64,000 bases of DNA from the NCBI RefSeq assembly GCF_964355755.1, contig NC_092673.1:21449648-21513647 (forward strand), given 5' to 3'. Positions 37,501-50,400 of the stretch are shown here, piece by piece. The position numbers and the translations under genes are program-made. The notes beneath the pieces were generated by a model. That model did not search any database, had not been told where the DNA came from, and saw only the letters and a program-made list of their open reading frames with translations. Origin of the DNA: Antedon mediterranea. Lineage: Eukaryota; Animalia; Echinodermata. Each line of letters opens with the position of its first letter. The stretch's first letter is position 1.

Positions 37501-40500
37501 AAATGATGCAGCAGAAGAGTTCCATTCAAAGACGCAGGAGATTGAGAAATTGAAAGCCAAGATTGCAGAAGATTTTAATACAATGGATGGTCAGGTATGT
37601 CTATTTCACAATTTTTGCTCATTTATTATGCATATACTTTTTTCAAATGTTATGTGTTGTTTTTTTTAAATAGTCGATATTGCCTTTTTTTTTTTTTAAC
37701 TGCATGCAATTTTTTTTTAAATTGAATTTGCTATGATCAACATTTCGAATTTGTTTTTTAATCATCATTTTGTGTCTGATTTGTACTTTGGTATGGCCTT
37801 GAGCGTCCAGTAAAGGATGATAATGCAATTTTCCCATTCTCATTAATTCTCTTTTATAGAACCAAGCCATAAAGGTTCTCGAGCAAGTTCTTAAGGATTG
37901 TAAAGCAATGTTGGAAACAACAAATGAAAAGCTGCAAGAGCGTGATGGTACAATTGAATGCATGCAACAAGAGATGCAGGAGTTGAAGCAAACTTTGAAA
38001 ACCGCTAATGGAAGCCTTCAAAATCGAGATTCAGAAATTGAAAATTTAAAAACCGATATTCAAAAGCTCAAGGAATCTATTAGCACAGGTAAAAATAGAT
38101 AGTAATATTGTATACAGGATGAATTGAGCAAAGTATGATTGGCTTGCTACGCTCGCGCTAAGGTCAAATTTTCGTTCGCCAAAATGGCGAAAGGTTTTAA
38201 ATAATATTAGCCAAATTGAAAATCCTTTAGCCAAATTTAAAAAACCATAAAAATTCGAAAAAAATGTTTATTAAATAAATAATGCATGTATTTTTTTTAT
38301 ATTTTATTTCTTTTACATTTATATTATTATTAGGTATCCCAATGAACCTGATTTTCGTTAACGGGATTTTAACACGTTCGTGAAATTTCAAAAAGTGACG
38401 TGTCTTTGAAGTTAAAAATATACTATTTCTTATGTACCCATGAGAATAAAAATTATATGCCTGGAAAGATCTTGTTTAAGGGATTATTTTTATATATTTA
38501 TAATCTATGTTTATTAAATATTTTAATAGAAAACGCGAGTTAAAAATGAGGTACAAAAGCCGGCGAGCCGAAATCCGCGCGCTAAAAATAACTTTGGAAA
38601 ACACCTACCCATTTTCGCACCCGATCGCACGAGGTCCATAATAGGTGGTCGAGTAATTTTTGTTGCATGTTGTCAGGCTTTAAATAAATACTCTTTATTT
38701 TGATATGTAAATCGGTTATTATTATTATGTACATCCGCCTCAAATGTCAATTTTAACGATAAAAATTGAATTTTTGAGTCTTTCTCATTATCAAAATCTG
38801 GCTAATTTAGTATTGAATTGAAGCTAATTTATATTTCTGTTTGATAAAACACATCGTTTTATTTGACTTTGCGTGGACCTTGTGCGAAGAGGCCAACAAG
38901 ACCAACCCCTGAAAAAAATAATCCCAACCATAAATATCAGTGTTTACCATTTTCTTTACGGGGGACTCAGTTCTCCGCTTATTACTAAATTACCGTCGCC
39001 CAGGCAATGTGCATGGTATGCATGTATTAGCGCGTTAATTAATTTATTAAATTATTTAATAATTGGAATATTTATCAATCTATTATATAAAACAAGAAAT
39101 GTACCGCAGAAATTTAAGAAGCTTTGAATTTGCTATGCAGCGGCCGTAACCCATTCTATGTAGGCGGCCGAAACGCGATTTGGCCATGGTTGCCGTTGCA
39201 GTATACGCTGTTTCTTAGCTATTCAATCTAAAGCGCAACTTTCGGTTAGAATAATAGAAAGGGAAATAAAATTAAACATGTTAACATTATACTATTGAGG
39301 TAATTACTTTGTTAAATTTAAAATTCCCCTTTTTAAATAACAGAACAGCCTCGTTTACGGAAGTATTCGTCCACATGTTTCTGTTTACATTTTCTTCTCG
39401 AAGTTCATTTTCTACGTCAAAGAATAGGGACTTCCCCTTTTATTCGCTCATCATCACGTCGACGACGGCCGGCCACGAACCAATCACATTAACTGTGTGT
39501 CATTAAAACGTCATCAAGGCACGCTCCGCGCATGTTTAAACAGAACTAAAAAAATTAACACGGCGATCGTGACGTCGTCACATAAAATGCTGTTGTGGTA
39601 AAAAGTGTACCCGAGTCAGAAAGTACCGAAGTGTGGCGAATTCTCGCTCCCATAAGAAGTCACGCCGACCAGACTAGGCCTAGGCTTGGAAATGTATTTT
39701 CGCCAATTTGGCGAACGAGGCAATAATTATTTTCGCCAAATGGAGACTCCAGTCGCCATTGGCGAATTGGCGAGCGGTTAGCGCGAGCGTAGGCTTGGGA
39801 GTAACATTTGTCGTTATTGTAAGGATTAACATGTATTATAAAACATAACTATTTTTTTCATTTTGTAGTGTCCAATAAGGTGGAACAACCATCCCCAGGC
39901 AAAGGAGATGAGACATGTGCTTTTGAGGTTAATGAAATAATGATGAAGAATGAGTGCCTGGAGGAGAAGTTGAAAACAACAGAAGCAGCTCTTGTACGGA
40001 AAACTACTGAATGTAATGAAAAACAAGAGAATGATCAAAATATCAGCAGTCTAAATGAGAAGATTGATCAATTAATAAAGGAAAAAGATCACATTGAAGT
40101 CTTGTATGATGACCAGAAAAAGTTGACAGAAGAAACTGAAGAAAACCTAAAAAAGGCGGAACAGCAAGTAGTTGTTTTTGAACAAAAAATGGAGAAGTGG
40201 GAAGAGAAGCAACAGATAATGGAAACAATGAATGCAAGTATTGAAAAGTTAAAAGATGAATGTGAGCATTATAAGAAGGTATTAGAAAAGAATCTTCGCG
40301 ATTCTGAAACGGAGAGCAATTTGAAAGAACAGTTGGCTGATAAGAAGGAAAGCCAAATACAAGAGCTTAAAGGGAAAATTGAAAAATTACAAAAGAAAAA
40401 ATGTGACATTGAAAATCAGAATAAAGAGATGAAATCAATGTGTAAGGAGAGTCTAAGGGAAGCAGAGAAGAAGTATGAAGAACGTCAGAAGGACTTACAC

Positions 40501-43500
40501 GAAGAAGAAAGGAAAACAAAAGAACTAAATGACAAAATTAAACTGCTACTAGAAGAAAAAGAAGAATATCAGAAGGAAGTAAATGAGTTGCTGAAGAAAG
40601 AGAGGACATTAAGTGAAGAAATACAAGAGCTTAAAGAGAAAATGGAAAAATTAGAAAAGGAAAAAGGCAACATTGAAAATCAGATTAAAGAGATGAAATC
40701 AATGTATGAGAAGAGTCTAAGGGAAGCAGAAAAGAAGTATGAAGAACGTCAGAAGGACTTACACGAAGAAGAAAGGATTACAAAAGAACTAAATGATAAA
40801 ATAAAACTGCTACTAGAAGAAAAAGAAGAATATCAGAAGGAAGTAAATGAGTTGCTGAAGAAAGAGAGGACATTAAATGAAGAAATACAAGAGTTTAAAG
40901 AGAAAAGGGAAAAATTAGAAAAGGAAAAAGGGGACATTGAAAATCAGAATGAAAAGATTAAATCAATGTATGAGGAGAGTCTAAGGAAAGCAGAAAAGAA
41001 GTATGAAGAACGTCAGAAGGACTTACAAGAAAAAGTAAATGATAAAATAAAACTGCTACTAGAAGAAAAGGAAGGATATAAGGAGAAAGTAAGTCAATTG
41101 CTTAAGAAAGAGAGGACATTAAGTGAAGAAAATGATATTATCAACAAATTGTTTGCTGATAAAGAGATGGAAGCAGAACAGTCTAGCAATAAAGCAAAGA
41201 CTTTAAAAGCGGAGAATGAAAACTTGGTAAGCTGTCAGGGAACAGAAGTCGACCAGTTAAACAAGAAGATTCAGCACTTGCACAGTGACAATCAAAAGTT
41301 TAAGGAACAGTTGAAGAAAATTGAAACTGAAATGAAAACGTTAACTGAAGTGAAGGATGGTCTAGACAAGATGCTTCTGGAAAAGGAGAAAAAAGAGTAT
41401 GAAACAAGTAAAAAGTTGGACAATTTGAGTAAAGAAAACCAGAGATTTGAAGAACTTCTTGCAGAGAAGCATATTGAAGTAGACCAGTTACAAGAAGCAA
41501 TTAAAGAACGTGAAAACTGTGATGAAGGAGTAGAAAAAATGGTTATTCAGAAAGAAAATGAGATTTGTGAACTAAAGGAAGGCAACCAGAAGTTGGAAGT
41601 TGAGCTGTTGGAAATAGACAAGAATGTTAAGAAATGGAGTGAAGATTTACAGGAACTTCAAAAGATACTTAAAGATAAAGAAGAAGAAACTGAGAAATTG
41701 AACGAGAAAGTACGTAACATTGAAAAAGATAATGAAAATTTAAACAATAAGTTAAAGAATGCAGATAATGAGAGCAAAAGTAAAGTTGAATCTTCTTTGA
41801 AAGAGATTAACGAATTGTCTTCAGGAAATGAAAATCTACAAGAAAAGATTCAAGCTTTGTTGGAGGAAAGGAAGAATGACCAAAAGAAAATGAAACTTTT
41901 GACAACAGAAAAAAGAGTTGCTGAAGATAAATTAAAATCATATACTGCGCAGATGGATAAAATAAGTGACAGAATAATGTCCTTTGAAGACAGAAGTAGC
42001 GAAGAGAACAAAACAGAATCACAAACTGAAAGTAAATCATCAAATGATAGCGAGGATCTTTTTGCAATAAAAGAAAATACCGACAACGAAGATACAAGCA
42101 GAATAGAAATGGATGTGACACCTCTACAGAAGAGAAGAAAACAAAGAACAAATCGCCGTGCCAAGAAAAGAAAGAGCTTGGATAGTGTAAGTTTAAATTT
42201 AACATGCCATTTTCACTTCTAAAAAAACTTGTTCAGGACGAAAGAACACTATTTCTACCCATGTGATGTAAGATAGTAATGTGTGTACACTTAATAACAT
42301 CTGTTACAGTACACACTTGGATAGTGTATTAAAGTTTAAATTTAACATGCCATTTTCACGTCTTATATTGTTTCAGTACATACTTAATTATGCTGTTTCA
42401 TAAATAATTCACAAAAAATCAAGATAATACAAATGTTCTTTTGGAAAACACTACAAGTCATAGAAAGTTGGTTATACAGTACATTTTGGCAACATTTTTA
42501 TTGTGTTGCTTTTTCAGGACGATGATGATTTTCAACCAAAAGCCGCTAAAAGGGAACAGCCACGTAGGACAAGAAGAACTGCCAAGAAGGAAGAGGGAGA
42601 AAATAAAGTTGCTGATGGTAAAGTTGCCTCGCCAGGAGCAGAATCGATCTCCAAATCAGGAAGGCGTGCTGCCCTTACAAAACTTGGGGATATGTTTCAC
42701 AACAAAGGTGAATTGAATTTAATGAATCATTGATTTTTCCTTTTTGTCTACCTAATATTCTTACAAACAAATAATCAAAGGGATTTCCGATTTTAACTGG
42801 CTGCATTTTGTTTTTAATCAATACATTACCAGTATATATTTCTTGCATTTGTGTGCATATTAAAATTTGATAAAAATTTACATGTAGAGCAGCTGTAAAG
42901 CAGCTAAAAAATATTAATATCCCGTCAAAAACATAGTTTTTAGCTGTCAAAAGAGAAATAAACTTATTCTATGCTATGTGTGTGTATCTCTATATTCTGC
43001 ATTTACTGTCAAACCTGCTTAAAGCATTGTCTACACTATCAAACTTTATGTGACAAATAAAAATGCATATATAGACATGATGATGTCATGTCACTACCAT
43101 ATTGGGCATATCACTACTATATTTGGGCACATCACACTTTTTTTGTCAAACTAATTTGATAGTGTAGACAGAGCTTTACATCACATTGCTTCATTCAATG
43201 TATTCTCACTTTTTCTTTCAAATCTTTTTTGCTGGTGCATTCCTTCTCAATTCTTACACAGACTCTAAATGTAAATCTGCTCCAAATTCTTTAGCTAAGA
43301 AAATCGTAGATGTGGCGTCAAGCATCACAACGCCTCAGAAGTCACCACCACGCGTTGTAGAAATGCGCCAAACCGGTACAGAGAAGAAGAAAAAACGCAA
43401 ACTTTACAAGACCGATATATCCAGTCCATTTGAGTGTAATCCCCATGAGGTAAAATCCTTGTATTTTTATTAATCTCATTTTCAATTAAAATCCTAATTT

Positions 43501-44181
43501 GAGCGCTCACTGGCTAAACCCAGGGGCCCTGGAGCTTATGGGGGCCCATGAGCAGTGGCCAAAAGGGAAAAAACAGGCATTAAAATAGGCCTATGCCGAA
43601 AAAGCTAAATACACCTGAGGCCTCCAGCATTGGAACTTGGAGGGCCACTTAGGCTTGCTAACCCAGGAGTCTCAGGCCTCTGCTTTACACCACTGAAAGC
43701 CATACAGTTTACACTGCCGCATGCATACATCTATAAAGCAACCATTTACAATTCCATATTTAGAATCTATTAGTGTATTTAGTAATTGCATATCAAATCA
43801 ACCAAGAATTTTGGGATATTATATGTTGCTAGATCTCAAAACAGCTGTATCCGACTGGTCACTTACGAGTTCGAATGACTCGCAAAAGATCTGCTTGTAA
43901 ACAGCAAGGAGTCTGCGGAGCTCTATTTTCTTTGAAAAAGACCAGTCGGATAGGGCTTGTTTATTCGTACAATTATTGCTAAATAATATTGTATGTAAAC
44001 CATACTTTCAATACAGGCCAAGACGATGTCAAGATAACCATCATTGTAATGAGAAATAAAAAATAATTATAAGCATTTTGGTTTTTTTTAGGTGATATGT
44101 CACACAGCAGCAGATAAAGAGACAGACAATTCACATGGAATTGTCACCAGGAAGCTGCGATCAAGACAGACAAAGATTTAA
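31551..44181 (+). CDS. KIF20B: Kinesin-6 family motor, KIF20B/KIF20A-like, ~1793 aa with long coiled-coil stalk
   Basis: Exons 31551-31793, 32273-32534, 32787-32980, 33450-33582, 33826-34044, 34467-34650, 34841-34993, 35253-35415, 35725-35925, 36485-36624, 36801-36969, 37289-37594, 37860-38088, 39869-42186, 42518-42707, 43262-43449, 44092-44181 (5382 nt, in frame). Motifs VYLRIRP, P-loop GVTNAGKT, switch [28 protein letters not shown], and the long loop-6 insertion typical of kinesin-6. Tail [12 protein letters not shown]...IVTRKLRSR resembles the KIF20B C-terminus. Confidence 0.9.
35945..36100 (+). mobile_element. Tc1/pogo-like left-end fragment
   Basis: TA|CAGTTGCACCTC with three AAGCGGCCACC-type repeats. 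Confidence 0.5.
38148..39791. mobile_element. hAT-like non-autonomous element with probable nested insertion
   Basis: TIR TACGCTCGCGCTA / TAGCGCGAGCGTA, subterminal TTCGCCA/TGGCGAA repeats, imperfect GGCTTG flanks. An internal inverted pair (CGCACGAGGTCCA ~38626, TGGACCTTGTGCG ~38874) suggests nesting. Confidence 0.65.
40357..41130 (+). repeat. Coding tandem repeat, 264-nt (88-aa) unit x ~3 in the KIF20 stalk
   Basis: ATACAAGAG starts at 40357, 40621 and 40885; protein IQELK...[13 protein letters not shown]...[12 protein letters not shown]...[11 protein letters not shown] is repeated. Confidence 0.92.
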
Positions 44182-44291
44182 GAACAAACAAGGATCTTAA
44201 TCAATTATTGAAATGTAAATAATCACTTCTTCATACCACCTTGTGTAAAACGTTGTACAATAGTATACAACCGTATTGACCTATACGTTAA

Positions 44292-44903
44292 AGCCCCATT
44301 CCCTACGTTTTTTAGATCTAATTTAAGATCACAAACTATATTTAATGTAAAAATAATACTATATGGTTTTCGTCTTTAAACGGTTAAAAATGTGAAAAAT
44401 AAGTCGATTCTAATAATTATAGCGGCCCGCTATAAATCCCAAAATGTATTGCGCGCGGATTGATATTTTTGTTTTTCACCTGTAATTCGCCCACTTTTCG
44501 ATCGATCGTGAGGCCAAAACAAATGGAAGACTCCTAACTTTTCAGAGAAAATACCGGGTTTTCCCCAATTTGTATCAACGGAATCTGGCAAAAATAGAAA
44601 GACAATTAATGCAGCAACTATACAACGTCAGGCTAGGTATATAGCTCGCGTACGATGTTCGTACGTTACCGATGTTTACCAGCTAGGCCTACAAAACTAA
44701 GCCTAGCTAGGCTAGGCCTAAGACCGTCCACGAGAGGTCGATCGCCGCGAGCTACTTAGGTAGTGCATAATTGTTTCTCACTTTTTATCATATTTTACCA
44801 TAAAACGTACATTTAAGACAAGAATTGACATGGTTTAATGTTTTTAAAGTGATATATATGTATTATTTTCCAAAAAACGTCCAAAATTGCAGGGAAGGGG
44901 TCT
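44292..44903. mobile_element. Kolobok-like element just downstream of the KIF20 stop
   Basis: TTAA|AGCCCCATTCCCTAC ... GCAGGGAAGGGGTCT|TTAA. Confidence 0.75.
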
Positions 44904-44920
44904 TTAAAACCGATTCATTT

Positions 44921-45330
44921 GGACACCCTTATACAAGGGCGATTCCTATAAGAGCAGTATGTGTGTTAACACTGCGGCCAACCCCTATTAAGGGGACACC
45001 CTTACTCAAGGGCGATTCCTATAAGAGCAGTATGTGTGTTCACTGCGGCCAACCCCTATTAAGGGGACACCCTTATACAAGGGAGATTCCTATAAAAGCA
45101 GTATGTGTGTTAACACTGCGGCCAACCCCTATTAAGGGGACACCCTTATACAAGGGAGATTCCTATAAGAGCAGTATGTGTGTTAACACTGCGGCCAACC
45201 CCTATTAAGGGGACACCCTTATACAAGGGAGATTCCTATAAGAACAGTATGTGTGTTAACACTGCGGCCAACCCCTATTAAAGGGACACTTTGTTTCGTC
45301 CTGGAAGGTGCCCCCTTATTGGTGGTTCTA
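44921..45330 (+). repeat. Tandem repeat of ~73 bp x5, apparently derived from a pogo/Tc1-like MITE end
   Basis: Unit GGACACCCTTATACAAGGGAGATTCCTATAAGAGCAGTATGTGTGTTAACACTGCGGCCAACCCCTATTAAGG, followed by a degenerate inverted end GGTGCCCCCTTATTGGTGGTT. Confidence 0.85.
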
Positions 45331-46579
45331 TTCTATGTGATATGATTTACATTAATACAAAATCACATTTATATATATTAATACAAAAATACAGTATTTT
45401 TAACTATTGGTATCTACCAAACAAATGTATATTAATCACTGATATATATACAGTATATAAACAGGTGTTTAAAAATACTGTGTGACTATAAAGCATAAAT
45501 GTAAATGTTTACATATAATATTTGTTATAATGATTTTTATACTGTATCATTAAAATACCAAATTACCAGTTGTTGTTTTCAAGTCATATTTATTTTTGTT
45601 AAAATCAATACATGTAATAGGGTTGACCCAAAATGGAATTATAACCGCCATACCGTACCAAAATGTCTATAAATCAAAACACTCAGACATACCTTATTAC
45701 ACTCCTGTGGCAATATTCACCAATCACACTTAAGCGAGATATTTTCCTTAAATATTATTTCACTTAACTCAATAAATATTTCCCTTAAATTGTATTCACT
45801 TAGATAGTGATTGGTGAATACAGCAACTGATCTTACTAATCTATGCCTGGTTGGTGTTGTCCTTGGTAGGGTTTTGATATAAAATAATAAAACTAAAAAA
45901 AAGTAGTTGGAGATGACCATTATTAATCAGTTTTTATAACATGTTTTGATAGCACTTTAACAAAACCCCTACTGGATGTTACTACTGGGCGTAGATTAGT
46001 ATGACCCTACAACAAAATGCAGAGCATTGCACTAGCATAATCTTTTCGGTGCAACTACTAAACTTATAGGTGGGGAAGAATGTTGCAAAATATCATTTAA
46101 TTGTATTTCATGTATTTGTATTAGCCGACTTAAAAAAAAAATCATATCACACCAAATACTTTCTACTTAAGCACCTCAACTAATTACAGTAATACCGTAC
46201 TTTTTCTACTTATTCCACGCCTCAACAAAGTACTATACTATTCTATACAGTTTCAGTTACTGTACCGTTTCACTAAGCACTGCAACATGGCCCTCCACCT
46301 ACTGGTAAATCCTGGTACTGACGTACTAAATCCTAAATCATAAATATTTATTATTTGCACCCAGACTTGTAAAATTAGTTGATAGGAAAAAAACGTATAA
46401 GGTACAATACAGTAATAGAAAAAGATGTAAAGTATAATTTTAAAATAATTAGATTACAACTTTATTGTCCAATAAAATTAATGGAAAATAATACAGTTAT
46501 GTTATTTTTATAAATATTCAGGATATAGATGTAGATTTGAAATAAAATAGATGAATTTAATAATTTATTTTTTTTCTGT

Positions 46580-46828
46580 TACGATAACGTACATACGGTT
46601 GACGTAAATCCCGTCACGTCTGTCAACATTTTTAAAGGCCTCGTCGTGAGTGGGTTAATGCGCATGACAATAATGACGTTTTTTTAGCCAGCAATATAAT
46701 AACAAAAATGGCTGAACAAGAGGAATTAGGCATCTTCTGCTGATGAAATAAACTGCTGTTTGTTGGTTATTTTCCGTAATTATCTGGTCTAGTTCATTTT
46801 AGTTGAAAAATGATTATCTTATACTAGG
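46580..46828 (+). promoter_or_regulatory. ZRANB1 promoter and non-coding exon 1
   Basis: TGACGT half-sites (~46600, 46674), TGCGCATG, AAAATGGC, donor TAG|GTAAAG near 46828; a TAGGCCTA-rich first intron follows. Confidence 0.55.
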
Positions 46829-47430
46829 TAAAGGGTATTTTGATAATCGTTCTGGTATTTATAAACCAGTACGTGACTTGTATTTTTGTTTGATAATTTG
46901 CTAGTAGGTAGGCTAGGCCTAGCCTGCAGGCCAACGCGGATCATTTAGTACAGTGCGGTCTCGTACAGTGTACGACAGTAGTAGGCAAGGACAGATTGAT
47001 CCTACTTTAATTGTCGAGTTGATGGACGAAAGGTAATTTTTTCAATGCTTTCTATTATTAAGTAGATAGGCCTACATAGGTCTCTAGCTGAATGACTGAG
47101 ATATGATTATTAATATTATTATTAGTTTACTTACAAACAATACAAGAACGAAAAAGTGTTACTACACTGTTGTTAGTGTTACTGTTATTAGTAGTAGACC
47201 TCTAGGCCTAGATACTGTAGGCTAGTGAGAAATATGAATTAAGTGTAGGTTCCCAACCTATTCACCGAAAATAAAGATTCATTTGTAAATTTAAATATAT
47301 AGAAGAAATCAAAATTTTGAATTAATAAATAATTCAGAATTTCAGATTAATATTCAAAATTATGAACTTTAAAAGTATTTCAAACAACACAATTTCCTCC
47401 TTTTTTTAAGGGTTCCACTAGCAAAGGATA

Positions 47431-50400
47431 ATGTCAGGAAATAGTAATAAATGGACTTGTGAATACTGTACATATATGAACTGGCTCAGTTCAGTTCATT
47501 GTACATTATGCCACGCACTTCGACCAGTTCAGTGGATAACACCAACATCTCAAGCATCACTTGTTTCCCAACAAGAGACTATTAGTCTACCTCGGTCACT
47601 TTCCCAGTGGCCCTGCAGGGCATGTACATTTCTCAATCGAGCACATCTTACAAAGTGTACAACTTGTTATACACCCCGTGGTTCATTAGCCCCAGCTGTG
47701 GATAAAAACAACCGCGCCATCACACGAACTACCTCTATGAACCGTGTCCCCGAAATATGCCAACCATCGAACAATGAACGAAATAGAGCTGGTAATTTGG
47801 CCATCAAGAAATGGTCTTGCCATGCATGCACTTATGAAAACTGGCCTAAAGCTAAAATGTGCATCCTATGCCACCACCCTCGACCACGATTACCAGTAGA
47901 GTCAAAAGTGAGTTCTTTATCTGTTTCCCGTGGTTCCCCGCCTGAGTCTCCTCCGAGAAGTCCGGATGGCAATATAGAGTTCCAGCAAGTAGGAGCAGCA
48001 GCTGCAGCGCCACCACCTATGAGTAACATTGAACATGAAAAACGTGTCAAACAAATACGTAGACGTTTGCGCAAGTCAGACTGGCTATTCCTGAACGCCT
48101 GCGTCGGTGTTGTAGACGGTGACACACAGCCTGTAGAAGCCTACCTCAGCTCAGGCGGGGATCCCACCCGACAGCTCACACATGATGAAACCCTTTTCTT
48201 GAACAGACCTAGTGCATTTGATGCAGGTCTTACATTAGTTCACCTTGCCATACGTTTTCAAAGGGAAGATCTTTTAGCCGTACTCCTTACAACAGACGTT
48301 TCAAGTCATGTTGTCAAGCGACCTCCATCGCAAGTATGTCCAGATCTAGCTGCATGTATACGTAAGGAAATCTCGTCAAATTTACGTCAGCGTAAAGGAG
48401 ATTTCCCATGTTATTTTGCAACAGATATCGTAACATTTACACTTCCTGGTGGTAAGCACGCTTATTTTGTTTAGTGAACATCTTTCCGAATTAACAAATA
48501 TAATATTTGAACCAAGTCAAAGTAAAACTGTTTTCATCCCTCACTGTGGGAAACTAGTGCTGTGTGTATGTGGTGCTGTGGCATCTTTATAAAATCATTT
48601 GATTAAAAACACATTGTTATATATATAAAATAGAATTTGAAAAAATTTTAAACCTCGCAAAAAGGGACAGTTTCCAATATTGGACCACCAAAGTATTGTG
48701 GTTTAACCACCATCATAAATCAATCATTTTTTGCATCATATTTTCACTGACATTTTACACAATTTGTTTTTAGAAATTGAAGAACTACCACTTTCTACTA
48801 GAAATCAGTTAATGGACGAACTCCTTGATGGTGATGTACAAAAAGGTATGGTAATAATTTATTTTTTTTATTTTTGAAGAATGAGATAAAACATGACCAC
48901 AAACAAACATTAAGATGTTGAGGAAAAGGCCTCAGTGATAAATATCTATTTGACATTTTCGTTTGCAACAGATGTCTGCGATTACTACGAATTAAAAAAA
49001 ATAACTAAAGCATTCATGATCTTGCAACCATTTTTTATTTAAATATTCAGAATTGGAACAAGAGTCCACCATCATTAATTGGAGTTTAGAAATAACAGGC
49101 AGGTTAGGCAGTCGTCTCTACGCCCTCTGGAATCGGACAGCTGGTGACTGTCTGCTAGACTCCGCACTTCAAGCTACATGGGGAGTGTTTGATGCTGACT
49201 GTGTTTTGCGACGGGCACTTGGTGAGAGCCTGCGAGACTGTTCTATGAAGTAGGTGAACATTCCTTAAAGATGTTATATCTTCTATAACTAAATTTTAAA
49301 ACTAAATATCTAAAGGTTGCTCAAAAGATACACTGTACTCTACATTTTATAACCAATGAAGCAGAACTGATTTGCTAATTTTCAATGATTGGTGAATGAT
49401 CAGAAACTGAGTTATGATAAGCAAATTGTGAACCCCTTTTGGTTTGTGTTACTGGATGTACTATGATGGCTGATGTGTGATATATTTTAGTAACTTGTTT
49501 GGTCTGTGTTATACTATGTTTTTTTTTTATATATTTATTATTATATTTATGTCAACTTCATCACTGTTTACTTGATGCAATAAAGGAAATAAAATAAATA
49601 AATAAAATAAATTTTCATCATGATGTCGTCTGTTGTTGATGATGATGTTGTATAGTGCTTATCCCAAATCAGTCAGATGATAAAGAAACATTCTGAGTAA
49701 AGTACTTACAGTTATAACAGTCTTTGGCTTATTCAAAAAGAAATCCACCCTCCTTAAAAATACAATGTTTGTGGTCATAATAGGTTTTATGCTAGATGGA
49801 AGGAGTATGAATCTATGCAAGTAGAAAGTATGCACTTTTCTCTGGATGAGGACCAGTGGCTGCAGGATTGGGCACTGATGCTAAGTCGTGCTGGACAACC
49901 AGGGGCAGCTTTAGAGCAAACACATATCTTTGTTCTTGCACACATACTGCGTAGGCCCATCATTGTTTATGGGGTGAAATTTATTAAGAGTTTTCGTGGT
50001 GAAAATCTAGGATTTGCGAGATTTCAAGGTGAGAAGTACTATTTTTTTCCACATTTTCTCCCAGATTACAAAGATAACTGAATGTTTATGAATATGTGTT
50101 GTTTTCTGCATTAAAATATAACACAAAGGCTTCACACAAGCAAATTGACAATATTTAAGCCATTGTACAACCATCTGAAAGGGGATTCACCTTACATAGC
50201 CACCATGCGATACCACTAGTGACGTCACACACTGCACTCCTCTGTTGACCTAAAAAAACCACCTCCCATTTTTTAACTTCATATGTTGGCATGTATGTTA
50301 ACAATCTAAACATTCATTAGATATTTGCATTTATATTGCTGTTGATGGGGAAGTAACTAAACATCCTTGGCCTATAGTATTAACTAATAAGCCTATTTTA

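Noticed and set aside
41300-42205. Antisense ORFs over the large KIF20 exon (also 47832-48125 over ZRANB1)
   Set aside because: Shadow ORFs of biased coding sequence with no independent gene signals.
39868-42222. 784-aa ORF as a standalone gene
   Set aside because: Bounded by an acceptor at 39868 and a donor at 42187, and in phase with neighbouring exons; it is one exon of the kinesin.
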